Under the pieces are notes generated by a model, which made no database searches, was not told the DNA's origin, and was given only the letters and a program-made list of their open reading frames with translations. DNA of 61,656 nucleotides, the filler included, from Chiloscyllium plagiosum (Eukaryota): NCBI RefSeq assembly GCF_004010195.1. It is 5 parts of one record of this genome, joined end to end, with 100 filler letters (N's around TTAATTAATTAA, not from the genome) between each part and the next. Parts side by side here need not be neighbours in the genome. Positions count along the whole stretch, not along the records: positions 1 to 11,241 come from NC_057710.1; positions 11,342 to 18,210 come from NC_057710.1; 3 more parts are not named here. The stretch is one strand, 5' to 3'. This document shows positions 1 to 13,596 of this stretch, piece after piece (the stretch's first letter is position 1; each line of letters starts with the position of its first letter). A program made the position numbers and the translations under genes.

Positions 1-75
1 CCGAAACGTCGATTCTCCTGCTCCTTTGATGCTGCCTGACCTGCTGCGCTTTTCCAGCAACACATTTTTCAGCTT
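1..75 (+). mobile_element. 3' terminal tail of a Penelope-like element family (begins inside its hammerhead motif)
   Basis: CCGAAACGTCGATTCTCCTGCTCC...GATGCTGCCTGACCTGCTGCGCTTTTCCAGCAACACA matches the tails at 19886-19958, 21320-21380 and the end of the PLE at 31095-31160. Confidence 0.8.
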
Positions 76-639
76 TAATCATAATATGTCAATCCTGATA
101 CTCGAGTGGAGGCTGAGTAATCCAGCAACTGTCGATCTAGCAAGCTATATACCTGGACTTTCAAGCCTTGGTATCCAATGCCTAATAGTCTAAACATTTA
201 TCTCTTGTTAGATTGCTCAATGATCACTGGCAGGAAGATGACAATCTCATTTGCTGAGCCTAGCTATTACTTGGCAATTCTTCAGGGACTCTGATAAGGA
301 AGAGATAGTGGGAGGATTGAGATTTAATGAGCTATCTAGGAGCCTAACATTCTGAATGTATCCTGTGGGTGCTGAATAGTTTTTATTTCAATACCATAGT
401 CTCAACACTGCTGATTTTTCATGGTATTTGAAAAATTACTTATGCAGAAATGGTAGAACTTTAAATACAGATGTGTGATAGCTGCAGGTGCTTAAAGCTG
501 CGGAATTGATCTTTTCGAACAACAAGCACTACAGTTTCATCACAAGGCAGTTACTATATTCAGTTCACATCCATCTACATGGGAGGTCATCCTGAGCTGT
601 CCTTCATGTGACCAGTACCCTCTCTCTCGCTGATCTGCA

Positions 640-1145
640 TTGAATCCTGGCTAAGCAAAATCTCAAACGTGAAATTCCCATCAGGCCACGAAACTCTAAA
701 TCTTGGCAACCTTCCGTAACTGTACAGCCCTCTGGCAAATCTGTCCTCCTCCAATTTTGGCCTTTTGAGCCGTGCCCATTTTAATTGCCCTGTCGTTGGT
801 TGCCGTGCTTTCCAAGTTCACTCAATAAAAACGGAAAGAACTGTGGGTGCTGTAAATCAGAAACCCGAAAGGTTGACTCTGCTGCCAGACCTGGTAAGCT
901 CTCTTCCAACAATTTCTATATTTGTTTCAACTTCACTTGCTTGAAGCTCTGGAATACTCTTGAAACTTCTCCATTTCTCAGTCTCTCTATTCCATTAAGA
1001 TGCTCCTCAAATCCCCTCACTTCAACTACTCTATTGATCAATCATGGCCTAATTTCTCTGTAGCTTGGTTTCTCTTTTTTCAGTAATATTGTCCTGATTA
1101 ATGCCTTGGGATATTATTAAATGGTGCTATATTAATGCAAGTTGT
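640..1145 (+). mobile_element. Degenerate L2-type LINE 3' end, with a short PLE-derived insert at about 826-930
   Basis: Resembles recalled L2 3' sequence (CTCCTCCAATTTTGGCC, AAGCTCTGGAAT, TAAGATGCTCCTCAAA); heavily decayed. Confidence 0.4.
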
Positions 1146-1149
1146 TGTA

Positions 1150-3761
1150 TTAATGCAATCACAGAGACTTGGTTGAAGGAAGGGCATGATGATAGGCAAC
1201 TAAATGTTCCAGGATATAGATGCTTCAAACAGGACAGGGAGGGAAGTAAAAGAGGGGGTGGTGTTGCATTGCTGGTCAGGGACGATATCATGGCTGTGCT
1301 AAAGGAGGACACTATGGAGGTCGTGGATAGTGAGGCATTATGAATGGAGCTGAGAAATAAGAAGGATGCAGTTACATTGTTGGGGCTGTATTACAGGCCT
1401 CCTAACAGTGAGCGTGAGGTAGAACAACAAATAGGGAAACAGATTATGGAAAGATGTAGAGGCAACAGGGTAGTGGTGAAGGGAGATTTTAATTTTCTCA
1501 ACATTGACTGGGATACACTTAGTGCCAGAGGTCTGGATGGGGTAGAATTTGTAAGAAGCATCCAGGAGAGTTTTCTAGAGCAGTATGTCAATAGTCCGAC
1601 GAGGGAAGGGGCCATATTGGACCTGATACTGGGGAATGAGCCAGGACAGGTGTTAGAAGTGCGGTGGGAGATTTCTTTGGGAACAGTGACCACAATTCTG
1701 TAAATTTTAGACTACTCATAGATAAAGATGAGAGTGGTCCTAAGGGAAGAGTGCTAAACTGGGCCAAAGCCAATTATATCAAAATTAGGCAGGAGCTCGG
1801 AAATGTGGATTGGACACAGCTATTTGAAGGGAAGTCCACATTTGAGATGTGGGAGGCTTTCATAGATAGGTTAAAGATAGTGCAGGATAGGCATGTCCCG
1901 TTGAAGGCAAAGGATAGGAAGGGCAAGATACGTGAACCGTGGATGACAGGAGAAATTGTACGACTAGCCAAGAGGAAAAGGGAAGCGTACATAAGGTCTA
2001 GGCAGCTAAGAACAGAACAGGCCCTGGAGGAATATCGGAAGAGTAGGACAAGTCTTAAACGAGGAATCATACGGGCTAAAAGGGGTCATGAAATAGCTTT
2101 AGCGAGCAGAATTAAGGAGAATCCCAAAGCATTCTATTCTTATATAAGAAGCAAGCGGGGAACTAGAGAAAGGATTGGTCCACTAAAGGATAACTAAGGA
2201 AGGCTGTGTGCCGAACCTGAGGGAATGGGTGAGATTCTGAATGATTACTTTGCATCAGTGTTCACTGAGGAGAGGAACATGATGAATGTTGAGATTAGAG
2301 ATAGAAGTTTGATTAGTCTGGATCAAGTTGACATAAGTAGGGAAGATGTGTTGGGTAGGCTATAGGTTATTAAGGTGGACAAATCCCCAGGACTGGATGG
2401 GACCAATCCCAGGTTGCTGAGGGAGGTGAGAGAGGAAATAGCTGGGGCCCTGACAGACATCTTTGTGCATCCTTAAATACAGGTGAGGTGCCGGAGGACT
2501 GGAAAGTTGCTCATGTTGTCCCCCTGTACAAGAAGGGTAGTAGGGATATTCCGGGTAACTACAGACCAGTGAGCCTGACGTCGGTAGTAGGGAAGTTGCT
2601 GGAGAGGGTACTGAGAGATAGGATCTATTTATATTTAGAAAAGAATGGGCTTATCAGTGATAGACAACATGGTTTTGTGCAGGGGAGATCGTGCCTTACC
2701 AACTTTATAGAGTTCTCTGAGGAAATGACCAAGTTGATAGATGAAGGAAGGGCTGTTGATGAACTTTAGTAAGGTGTTTGATAAGGTTCCCCATTGTAGA
2801 CTAATGGAGAAAGTGATGTCACATGGTGTGCAGGGTGTTCTCGCTAGGTAGATAAAGACCTAGTTGAGCAACAGGAGGCAGAGAGTAGTAGTTGAAGGGA
2901 GTTTCTCAAAATGGAGAAAGGTGACCAGTGGTGTTCCACAGGGGTCAGTGCTGGGGCCACTGTTGTTTGTGATATACATAAGTGATCTGGAAGAGGGCAC
3001 TATTGGAATGATCAGCAAGTTTGCAGATGACACGAAGATTGGTGGAGTAGCAGAAAGCATAGGGACTGTCAAAGAATACAGGAGGATATAGATAGACTGG
3101 AGAGTTGGGCGGAAAAGTGGTAGATGGATTTCAATCCAGGCAAATGTGAGGTGATACATTTAGGCAAGTCTAATTCTAGAGCGAATTATACAATAAACGG
3201 AAGAGCCTTGGGAAAGGTTGATGAGCAGAGAGATCTGGGAGTGCAGATCCATTGTACCCTGGAGGTTGCTGCACAGGTGGATAGAATGGTCAAGAAGGCA
3301 TATAGTATGCTTGCCTTCATTGGATGGGGTATTGAGTATAAGAGCTGGCAAGTCATGTTAAAATTGTATAGGACGTTGATTCGGCCGCATTTAGAATACT
3401 TTGTACAGTTCTGGTTGCCACATTACCAAAAGGATGTGGACGCTTTGGAGAGGGTGCAGGGAAGGTTTACGAGGATGTTGCCTGGCATGGATGGTGCTAG
3501 CTATGAAGAGAGGTTGAGTAGGTTAGGTTTATTTTCATTAGAAAAAAAGAGATTGAGGGGGGACCTGATTGAGGTTTACAAAATCATGAAGGGTATAGAC
3601 AGGGTGGATAGAGACAAGCTTTTTCCCAGGGTGAAGGATTCCATCACGAGAGGTCACACTTTCAAGGTGAGAGGTGGAAAGTTTAAGGGGGTGACACGCG
3701 GCTCAGGCTTGGAGGGCCGAAGGGCCTGTTCCAGGGCTGTAAATTTTCTTTGTCCTTTGTT
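1150..3761 (+). mobile_element. CR1-clade LINE (HER1-like), 5'-truncated; ORF2 pseudogene (APE endonuclease + reverse transcriptase)
   Basis: ORF pieces AITETWL, GGGVALLV, YYRPPN, GDFNF, SDHNSV (endonuclease); [46 protein letters not shown] (RT); RLRGDLIEVYKIMKG. Several stops and frameshifts. 3' tail GGGCCGAAGGGCCTGTT...TTCTTTGT. Confidence 0.95.
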
Positions 3762-5329
3762 ATTGATCAATCTTGGGACTTTTGCTGGGTGTTTTCAGCA
3801 GGGCACGGTTGGAGTTGTTACAGCCTTGTGCAGTCCAACATTGTGAAGAAAAATTTGAGATAATATGCGACATCCCTCCCTTCAATATCTAATTAACACT
3901 TCAAATCACTGCACTAACTAATCTAGTTTGATTGCTGAGAAGGTAACACTGAATTTCACATTGCACAACATGTGTGAGTTTATAAAATTAGTCCCAGCTC
4001 AGAAAGAATTAAATTTATGGCAACAAAAAAATCCAACCAAATGTATTCTGGCTTTCGAGCCAGCAATCTCAAAGCACATTTATATTACTGACTTCAAATT
4101 TCTGCAATTCTGTTGCCAGAATAAAGCAACTCAATTATCAGTACAAATGTGAAATGTCAAAGCACAGATGCTAGATTCCTGAATAATTGTCACTTCTTTT
4201 TACTAAAGCACCTTTAGGATTGCCCAGGTGTCCTGTTCTTCAGAAAGAGAATTTAAACAGGATCTGTGAGACAGTACTTAGGATGTGTAGATCTATGTAT
4301 TCTGCAGTGACTAAAAAAATGATATAGAGCTTTCATTTTCTGATTATCACTCATTATCCAAAAGTGAATAAATTTAAAATTCAGCAGCAATAAATAACTT
4401 CCATCTATTTATATTGTTCCAGTAGCTGCATATTTAATATTTTTTGTTTCCTTGTGTTGAAGTGTTTTGGAGATACCTGCATTGTTTTTAAACAGGTAAA
4501 TAAAAGAGCGGTGATATACTTTTAACAAGGCACTTAGCATCTTAAAAATAAGAATGGAGAAACACAAGTTTGTGGTGGAAGGGTTTGAGATACTGGTGTT
4601 GATTCCCGTGAAAAACTGCCATGATCTCATGTGTAGCTTTAATGAGAGTTCAAAAACAATCTTTGTGAACACGGTCAAAGCAGCAGAAACCAGCTCTCTC
4701 CTGGATGCTGGTTTCTTGGTAAAATCCCAGCTCATTGTTGTGACTTCCATTGGAGTAGAGAAGAAACAAGAGATATTACAGAGCATTTTAAAATGAAGGA
4801 ATTTGACAGAACATATAGGACATGAGGAGTTTCTTTTTGTTTTGAGTTAGTGACGAGGGAGTCATCAATTTAAAATCTTCACTATGGAAAGAAGTGAGGA
4901 GACATTTCTTTACACAAAGGATTAGTGAGCATGGAATGTCAAGGTAGAGGGATGAGACTGTTACTTGCTTTTATGAAAAATCAGAAAAAGATTTGAAGTG
5001 GAGGAGCGCCACTAGGGGAGAGCAAACGAGGGATTATCGTCTTAGCTGTTACAGACATGATGGGCTAAATATTTTCATTTTGTGTTGTAATTTCTATAAT
5101 TAGCGTTCTTCAACTTGCGTGTAATCATGTTAATTTTAATGCAGGAATGCTGTCACAGGATCAGCAGTTTGAAGAAGGTGGCCTAGTTTTACAGCATTTA
5201 TGGTCCTTTCATTCTAGAGATGTATAGTCAAACATTGTTAAAGCTTCAAGCTCAGCCAGTTTTGTGATTTAAAAAAAAACACTAGCAAGTGCCAAGTCTC
5301 GGCATCATTTATATGGCTTGGGTTCTGAA

Positions 5330-5562
5330 CAGACTCATAGAGATGTACAGTATGGAAACAGACCCTTCAGTCCAACCCGTCCATGCTGACCAGATATCCC
5401 AACCCAATCTAGTCCCACCTGCCAGCACCCGGCCCATATCCCTCCAAACCCTTCCCATTCATATACCCATCCAAATGCCTCTTAAATGTTGCAATTGTAC
5501 CAGCCTCCACCACTTCCTCTGGCAGCTCATTCCATACCCGTACCACCCTCTGTGTGAAAAAG
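5330..5562 (-). mobile_element. CR1 LINE 3' end fragment
   Basis: Closely similar to 44158-44385; the minus strand encodes WNELPEEVVEAGTIATFKRHLDGYMN. Confidence 0.85.
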
Positions 5563-6929
5563 TGGTGTTTCTGAGTTTTAAAGAGTTCTGCAGTCTATTT
5601 CCGTGAAAGGATTTTACCTGGAACTGTGATTAATTTCTAAACTCTGGGTGAACTGTAAATTTTAAAATACTGTTAATAAAAGTCTCCAAAAGCATCAGGA
5701 TGTGAATTTTCAAGTTGTTTAATTTACCTATAACAGTGTTTTCTCATCTGTCAATGTCGGGAAGTGGAATGGAATGCCTCTTACTTAGTCAATAGTGACA
5801 GTGCTTGTTTTGGAAGGATGTTAACTGCCAGGAAAGTGTTGAAGGTTGTCTGCTTTACATTAGAGACGTGCTGAACCTGAAATTTCCGAAGGGAAGTGCT
5901 ACTTACTGTAGACCCAGAACCAATTTATAAAAAGGAGTCAAAAACATACTGCCTCTCAAAATGGTTCTCAGTTTCTCCACAGAAAAGGAAGACCTGCAAT
6001 TTGGAGGGTGTCCACACCGTCTCTGTTAACAGCATTTGATTTCTCCATACTCCTTTTGACATGGTCCTGCATTTGATAGCCCGCCATCAGTGAATTTGAA
6101 AGCAAGGGTCTCATAAAATAAAGTGGATGTCCTTCCCATTCGCCCTTTCTGTCTCCAAATGGATAGGTCAGGCACTTGGAAGCCAAACTGGGCTGACTGA
6201 AGGTATGGAGTGACCAATTAATGGCCAATTAAGAGCTTCATTGCACCTGTGCTGATGTTCTAAGAGAACTGCTCGAAGAGTTCTAATACGATTGCCAACT
6301 CAAGTGAGGCCCCTGGCTTGTGACCAACCAAGCCTTGTATGGGAGGGTACATGCACATTGAGAGACTTCTTGAGATTCATGCAGAAGCAAAAGTGGAGAT
6401 ATTGGAGGGAATCTCAGAAACCTTCAGCGAGCTCATCCATCCAGCCCTTGAAGTAGCACTTGTCCTGCAGGTTGTGGAGTTTGCAGATTTGTGTATTGGA
6501 AATATCAACCATCTGAGAATTCATTGAAGCCGCCAATAATATCCACTTGCACCATTGGCAAAGATTCCAAAACCAAACACCATGTTAGAATGGACCAGTC
6601 ACAGTGGATTCTCATTGCTCTCAAGGCTCATGTGACAATTCACAACCAGAGGAAAACTGTAGGAATGAAGTATAACCTTATTCTACCATTATTCATTAGT
6701 GATCACGGATTGGTGCAGAAATAACCTTTTTAATCAGTTTTATTTTCAACACGTCAGGATAACCCAAAGCTTATCACCATCCTTTTAGCTTTAAATTTCA
6801 GACATTCACTAATTGATTTTACATCTCAGTGTCTGCTATGGTGGGATTTGAGGCCATGGGACGTTTTGTCAAGTGATTATACCATTACGCTACTGCCTCA
6901 CCCTCCATCACTGCTACAGTGTGTAGAAG

Positions 6930-7141
6930 CTATAAGCCGCCCTGCAACAACTCTCCAAAGCTCCTGCAATAGCATCTTCCAAGCCCAACCCTTTACCACC
7001 CAGAAGGATAAGGCCATCTGATACATGGGGGCACCATATACTGGATGTTCCCCTCCAAGAACACCTTTTCAGAGGCAATTAGGAATAGGCAATAAATGCG
7101 AGCCTAGCCAAACAATGCTCACATCCCATGAATGAATAAAG
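6930..7141 (+). mobile_element. Old LINE 3' end (family unresolved)
   Basis: GGCAATTAGGAATAGGCAATAAATGC...CACATCCCATGAATGAATAAA; related copies near 8790-9145 and 28880-29190. Confidence 0.45.
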
Positions 7142-8117
7142 AAGGGACTTTTAGAAGGACAGGCACTGGTGTAACTCAGGTACCAGTAACAGCTCGCAAT
7201 AAAATTACATCTCCAATAGAGCAGTACAAAATAAGATATTGAAATTGGTGAAAATGTCAGTATCCAAATAATTCATTCACCAGTTTCACTTCCCATCTTT
7301 TGAAGGCTCTGATTTATTCTGAGGTACTTGATGCTGGACTGCCCTATGCTTTATAATCTAAATGACCATGCTTCATGTGTGGGTCGAGACAACCTTTTTA
7401 AAGATTTATGTTTTCCGTCTTGTTCTCTGTAGCTTTTTCAGCCATTTTACTGAAATTAATGAGGAAGTTTCAGTGAAGTTGATTTAAGGGGTAAATGTAT
7501 ACTTTTAACTCAATGACTTTGCAACTTCATACAGGCTATCAATCCATCAAAGTGTAACCCCTCTTGAACTCTTTTCTTTGACAGTAGCTGTCTTAGAACT
7601 TGCCATAAGAGTCTCCAGTACTTGGCTGGCAAACCAGCCCCTTGAAACCCCTCCTTTTATTTCGAATAAATCTGTTCATAGTGCTGCAACAGGTGGCAGT
7701 CTCTTATTATTGCACCACCTGACCACTGTGAAAACTCTCCTTTTTACTTCTTAAGTGATAATTCCACTGCGCTTATTGTAACAAAGTGATCAATTCTATT
7801 ATTAATTGTATTTCTAATTACTGATGTCACTTCTCCACTTTCTTCAGCAAGAATACTACGGACTACTTGTAGAGTCATGCAGCATGAAAACAAAGCCGTT
7901 GGTCCAACTCATCTGTGTCAAGCACACATCCCAATCTGACCTTGGCCTATATGCCAGCATGTGGGCCATAACTCTAAATCCTTCCTATTTAGGAAGAAAC
8001 GAAAGAGAAGTGATCATAAAAATATTGAGCTAAGTAGGGACCTTAAACCCCTCAGTCATACCACCCGGACACAGCTCCCAATTATTGCCCTGACTATACA
8101 ATAGATATTCATGGGCT

Positions 8118-8370
8118 CTTGTGGCATAATAGTAGTGCCCCTCCCTCTCAGCCAGGAGGCCCAGGATCAAATCCCACCTGCTCCAGAGGAGTGTAATAAC
8201 ATAACTGAGCAGATTGATTAGAAAATATCGACAGTAGATATTCTTGGGCTTCCCTCGTGCAATGTTAATGTCCCTGCCTCTGGGCCAGGAGACCTGGGTT
8301 CAAGCCCCACTTGCTTCTGAGGTGCATTGTACCATCTCTGAACAGCTTGTAAAGAAAATGCAATTGATAT
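8118..8370 (+). mobile_element. Two tandem short tRNA-derived SINE-like heads
   Basis: Units with TGGC...AGTAGTG, CCAGGAGGCCCAGG(A/T)TCAA.TCCCAC (B-box-like) and GATTAGAAAATATC; similar units at 16550-16620, 20160-20260 and 38635-38740. Confidence 0.5.
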
Positions 8371-8919
8371 TCTTGCATAATTGTCAGGACTCATGATTAT
8401 TTGTATGTTTGTCTGCAAGTGTTAGCTGAAGGAGCAGCTATGGATTAGTTCCAAAGCTAGTGCTGAATTGGGAAGTGCAGTTTTTTTTTAATTTATGCAG
8501 TCGAAATGGGTTCAAAAATGAAATTTTAAGCATACGTAACAGATTATAGCAGTGAAAGTTTAAGGAAATTACAGACAAAATAACCTCTGATTGACACCCT
8601 TCCACCACCTTAAGTGTTCAATCTCTTTTGTACAAAGGCTAATATATGGGTCAGCTACAAGATGTACTGCAGCAAAACATCAAACCTCCTTTGCCTATAC
8701 CTCCCAAATCCATGATTCCAGAAAAGCAAAGGTAGGGATGCTTGAGACTTGAATCGTTTTTAAGCTTCCATCAAGTCTCACGCTATGCTAACTTGGAATT
8801 ACATGGCTGTTCCTTCACTGTCACAGGATCGGAATCTTCCCTAACAGTGCTGTGGGTCTGCCTTTATTCAAAAAGGCAGTTCCCAATACATCACCTTCTC
8901 AAGTTAGGGATGGGTAACA

Positions 8920-9075
8920 GCTCGGTAAAAACAAGGACTACAGATTGCTGGAAACCAGAGTCTAGATCAGAGTGGTGCTGGAAAAGCACAGCAGTTCAGG
9001 CAGCATCTGAGGAGCAGGAAAATCGATGTTTCGGGCAAAAGCCCTTCATCAGGAATAGAGGCAGGGAGCCTGCAG
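8920..9075 (-). mobile_element. Short PLE-derived 3'-end insertion carrying a hammerhead motif
   Basis: Reverse complement of the PLE tail family, inserted into an older LINE 3' end. Confidence 0.75.
9021..9056 (-). ncRNA. Minimal hammerhead ribozyme motif (PLE family A)
   Basis: Minus strand reads TTC CTGATGA A GGGC TTTT GCCC GAAA CATC GATT: intact core and stem II; stem I is weak. Confidence 0.6.
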
Positions 9076-9544
9076 CAGCTGGCACCCTGGGAACAACTGG
9101 GTAACTGCGGCTGACCTAGTTAACAATGCTCACAACCCATGAAAGAACAAAGACAAGAAAGGAATTTTGATTCCTGGGGCAGGAATTGGGATTTAAAAGA
9201 AGCACAGTCCCTGCACTCCAGTCTGAAACACTGGGGAGGACCCTACCCATCAATCAGACAGCTGTCCCAAGACAAGTTATCATTGGAAGTAACATTAATT
9301 GCTTTAAGGCAAGACTTCCAATCCTTTCTCAGACTGACATCTACCTTTTGAATCCTTCCTGCACAGCTTTGGTCTCCTTCCTGCTTCAGGTAGTTAGCTA
9401 TTTTATATAAAATCCCACTTTAAAACCAGCATGTACTCAAATGACTGGACGTTTACTAGTTCTGGCATTCAGGATTTGAACTAGAACCTTAGCTTTTCAC
9501 AATTGCTGATGAACTGGAGAGTAGTGTATCTTAATTTGCTCACA

Positions 9545-10160
9545 GCACAAAGTTAGATAGAATTGAAAGTAGAAGATAGAAACATCCGGGGACAAAGGGA
9601 CACTGATAGGTGGGCAGAACATTGGCAGATGAAGTTTAATGCGGAAACAGTGTGAAGTCATTTACTTCGAAGCCAAAAAAGATAGATCACTGCATTTTTA
9701 AATGGTAGAAAGCTAGGAACTGTGGTATAAGTTCTTAAGGGTCCAACTACAGAAACCATTAAAAGCTAGAGGACAGTTACAAAAAATAATATTAAAAAAA
9801 TGTTGGCCTTTATTTCAAGAGGACTGGAATACAAATAAGTGAAAGTGATCTTATAGCTATATAAAACTCTGGCTAGACTCTAGTTAGGGTACTGCTTTCT
9901 ATTCTGGGCACTGTAACTCAAGATTAATTTGGCTTTGAGGGAGTGTAATGGTTCACCAGGAGGACACTATGGATAAAAGGATCAAATCATGAGGACAGGT
10001 TACATAGAATTGGCTCATATTCCCTAGCATATAAAAGATGAAAAAGTAATTTATATGATATATTTAAGGTGACTAAAGGATTTGCTAAGATGAATAACCC
10101 TCTTGTGAGAGAGTTCTGAACAATGGGACATAACCTGAAAATTAGAGTGAGTTCCTGTGT
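9545..10160 (+). mobile_element. Old, degenerate CR1 RT/C-terminal fragment
   Basis: TGGCAGATGAAGTTTAATGCGG, ATGTTGGCCTTTATTTCAAGAGG and TATAAAACTCTGGCTAGAC parallel the younger CR1 copies in this window. Confidence 0.65.
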
Positions 10161-10647
10161 TTCTTTATGCGAAATATTCATGCAATCATTCAAACAATAA
10201 CTAATGATGGATAAGAGCTCAGCAGGAATAGCAGCAATAACTGAGTTTTTTCAAGTGAGTCGAGCAATTTGAATTTATAAAAGGCACATGAAAACTCAAA
10301 GGGATGTAATGCAAAAGAAACCAGAGTGCAAACCTCCGTCAGAATTTGCTAACTCAACATTACTACAACTATGCAACTCTTCCTTAAGGAACTGTACCAA
10401 CAAAGTTGCTGAAGACATTTTTATAAAGTGTGTCCAATACTTACACAATAGACTCAAGGCTCCAATCCACATCCTACACTCTACTCTGAAAACTCTGCTC
10501 ACGTTGTGACAGCTGTGGCAAATGTTGCTACAGTAGCAGAATCCACAACATTGTAAAGCAAGTTAAAACAGCTGTGACACTGCCAGTTCTCCATTGGAAT
10601 AATTATTTATTGCCATTTGACTGTTCTCCTGACAGCTGTACACAATC

Positions 10648-11241
10648 TTTTTTTTTATTATAGATATTTTTATTAGAAATTTAACATTTTTACAAGTTTA
10701 CAAAAATAAACAAAACTCTCAGATATAAACATTGATATACAATTAACTCAAATATACAATAGCCAAAATTTAACAAAAGACAAAAAAAAACAAAAAAGAA
10801 GAAACAAAACAAAACTCAACTATCTACTAATCTAACCTACAACTAACCAGAGTGTATATTTAAGTCTCTTACATGCTCAGAGTGTGTTAACATCAGATGT
10901 AATAAAACCCGTATTCGTGCAGGATTCCTCCCCCGGGGGGCCCCGGACCAGCCAGGTTTGTAATCTCAATTAAATAAAAGCCCTTGTTAGGATAGCCGAA
11001 ATATCTGTATTTATGTAATTCAAGAAGGGCTGCCATATTTTATAAAATAATTCGGTCTTTCGGTGCACCATATTTGTGAGGAAGTCAAGGGGAATACATT
11101 CCATAATTAATCTGTGCCAATTTGGAAGTCCAGGGGGGCCCTCAGCCACCCAGTTCACCAAAATATTTTTCCTTGCACAGAAAGAAAGAATAGAAAATAG
11201 TCTCTTCCCGTACATGTGCAGGGAGGGAAAGTTCGAAAAGC
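10648..11241 (-). mobile_element. L1-clade LINE 3' end (ORF2 C-terminus, 3' UTR, poly-A), cut by a gap
   Basis: ORF 10970-11215 (-) ARKNILVNW...PNWHRLIMECIPL...FYKIWQPFLNYI is typical of fish-type L1 ORF2 ends; AATAAA near 10668-10673 and a poly-A run at 10648-10657 on the minus strand. Confidence 0.8.
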
Positions 11242-11341
11242 NNNNNNNNNNNNNNNNNNNNNNNNNNNNNNNNNNNNNNNNNNNNTTAATTAATTAANNN
11301 NNNNNNNNNNNNNNNNNNNNNNNNNNNNNNNNNNNNNNNNN
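11242..11341. other. Assembly gap spacer (N-run / TTAATTAATTAA / N-run)
   Basis: Same 100-bp design at four places; the linker is synthetic. Confidence 0.95.
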
Positions 11342-12039
11342 CTTAAACATTTATGCAGCTAAAGGGAATGTTGGTTAAAGATACCGTAGTTAGTGCTTAT
11401 TTTATTCCAGGCACACCAGCCTAGGAGCACATCCTTCCTGTATCTATCCTCTCGAGCTCTTGAAGATTTTTGTTCATTTGAAGTGTTTCATGTTTAGATA
11501 CTCCAGAGAAGACAGCTTCAAGCTCCTCAATCTCTCCTGCCAGGGCAATGCTGCTGTTAGTATTCAATTCACTGGTGCATGTTACTGGCTGCTTCGTGGA
11601 CTGGAACTGACAATTGAGACTGAAAGGTTACTGTATAAAATATCTTCAATGTTATTGCCAGACGTGAGTGGTTTTAGGAAAATGACCTTGACTTACGGGC
11701 ATTGAGTGTCAGAGCACTTCCTGTTGTGGGGCATCCTGTTTAGATTCAATCTATTGATATCTATTAGAACTGACTTGCAGTGGCTCAAAGTGGTCAGAGC
11801 ATTATGGCTGTCATCGAAGCTGGTAACAAACTTCCCATGGTTTCAAAATCGTAAATGATAGAGTAGGTACGAGGTCTGATGACACTGTTGGAGTACTGAT
11901 GTTGTTGTTAATCACATTAACTCGGCAGGAGTTGACTGAATTTATATTGTCTCTTTCTGAATCTCAAGATGTCTCTCTGGGCAATATGTCTCCAATAAAC
12001 AGCAATGTGACAATGCACAGGGATCATCTGTTTTGATTT

Positions 12040-12335
12040 AAATTGGAGTCCAGCCTTGGTCAACAGCCAGTGTGGAGTTTGCACATTCCCCTATGATTGT
12101 GTGGGCCCCCTCCAGGTGCTCTGGTTTCCTTGCACAGTTCAAATATTTGTGGGTTAGGTGGGTCATTTGTGCGAAATTGTCCACAGTGTCCAGGATTGTG
12201 CAGAATAGGTGGATCAGCCATGGGAAATGCAGTGGTACAAGGATGGAGTGCTCCAGGTGGGATGCTCTTTGGATGGTTGGTGGGGTTTGATGGGTCAATT
12301 CTCTCATGCCACACTGTTGGGATTCTATTCTATGA
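12040..12335 (+). mobile_element. Degenerate HE1-like SINE
   Basis: GTGTGGAGTTTGCACATTC core shared with the other HE1 copies. Confidence 0.65.
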
Positions 12336-12426
12336 TTGAGGATAAAGGCTATTCTATGATTGAGGATAAAGCAGGGTGTCCTTGGAGAAGGAGCATGTGG
12401 TATGTATCAATGCTCTCGATGCCTTT

Positions 12427-13157
12427 AGATGGGGTACTGGGCTAATGGTCGGATACTTGGTAGTGTGGATGAGCAGAGGGATCTTGGTGTCCATGTACAC
12501 AGATCTCTGAAAGTTGCCACCCAGGTAAATAGTGTGGTGAGGAAGGCATATGGCGTACTGGCTTTTATTGGTAGAGGAATTGAGTTCCGGAGTCCTGAGG
12601 TCATGATGCAGTTGTATAAGACTCTGGTGTGGCCGCATCTGGAATATTGTGTGCAGTTTTGGTCGCCATATTATAGGAAGGATGTGGAGGCACTGGAACG
12701 GGTGCAGAGGAGGTTTACCAGAATGTTGCCTGGTGTGGAAGGAAGATCGTATGAGGAAAGACTGAGGCACTTGGGGCTGTTTTCATTAGAGAAAAGAAGT
12801 TTTAGGGGTGACTTGATTGAGGTGTACAAGATGATTAGGGGGTTAGATAGGGTTGACAGTGTGAACCTTTTCCCGCGTATGGAGTCGGGTATTACAAGGG
12901 GGCATAGCTTTAAATTAAGGGGGGTTAGATATAGGACTGAAGTTAGGGGTAGGTTCTTCACTCAGCGAGTCGTAAGTTCATGGAATGCCCTGCCAGTAGC
13001 AGTGGTGGACTCTCCCTCTTTATGGGCATTTAAGCGGGCATTGGATAGTTCTATGGAGGATAGTGGGTTAGTATAGGTTAGGTGGGCTTGGATCGGCGCA
13101 ACATCGAGGGCCAAAGGGCCTGTACTGCGCTGTATTCTTCTATGTTCTATGTTCTAT
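12427..13157 (+). mobile_element. CR1 LINE 3' fragment, young, with TTCTATG microsatellite tail
   Basis: Uninterrupted 215-aa ORF2 C-terminus (QRDLGVHV, HLEYCVQFWSP, RGDLIEVYKMIRG, FFTQRVVSSWNALP); tail TTCTATGTTCTATGTTCTAT. Confidence 0.93.
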
Positions 13158-13159
13158 AA

Positions 13160-13412
13160 TGTGAAAGGAGAAAGATTTAAAAAGGACATGAAGGGCAATT
13201 TTTTTAAAAATCACAGTGTGTGGAATGAACTGCCAGACAAAGTGGTGGATGCAGGTATAACTTTTAACAGACTTTTGGATTAGTACATGAGTAGGAAATA
13301 TTTAGAGGGATATGAGCTAAATGCAGGCAGATGGGACTAGTTTAGTTTGGGAACAAGGTTAGGGTAGACTAGTTAGATCGAAGAGTTTGTTTCTCAACTG
13401 TATGACTATGAC
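13160..13412 (+). mobile_element. Older CR1 3' end
   Basis: TGGAATGAACTGCCAG and a tail ending CTGTATGACTATGACT; same family as 44148-44459. Confidence 0.7.
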
Positions 13413-13431
13413 TACCATTTGGTTAAAGAAA

Positions 13432-13596
13432 TACAATAGTGAGGAACCTCAATTATCTGGCATTTGAGTATCCGAATTTTGGATTATCCGGCAAGATCAC
13501 GAGGTCCCAATGCTTGGCTAAAATGCATTATCCGGCATTTGATTATCCAATAAAACACTTCCCACATGTCATTTGGATAATCGAGGTTCTTCTGTA
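13432..13596. mobile_element. Tc1/mariner (Tigger-like) MITE
   Basis: Terminal inverted repeats GAGGAACCTCAATTATC / GATAATCGAGGTTCTTC ending in CTG-TA; internal GATTATCC repeats. Confidence 0.65.

Noticed and set aside
4409..6724. Several 60-125-aa ORFs in unique-looking DNA
   Set aside because: No recognisable motifs, and the splice-flanked frames I tried hit stop codons; consistent with chance.
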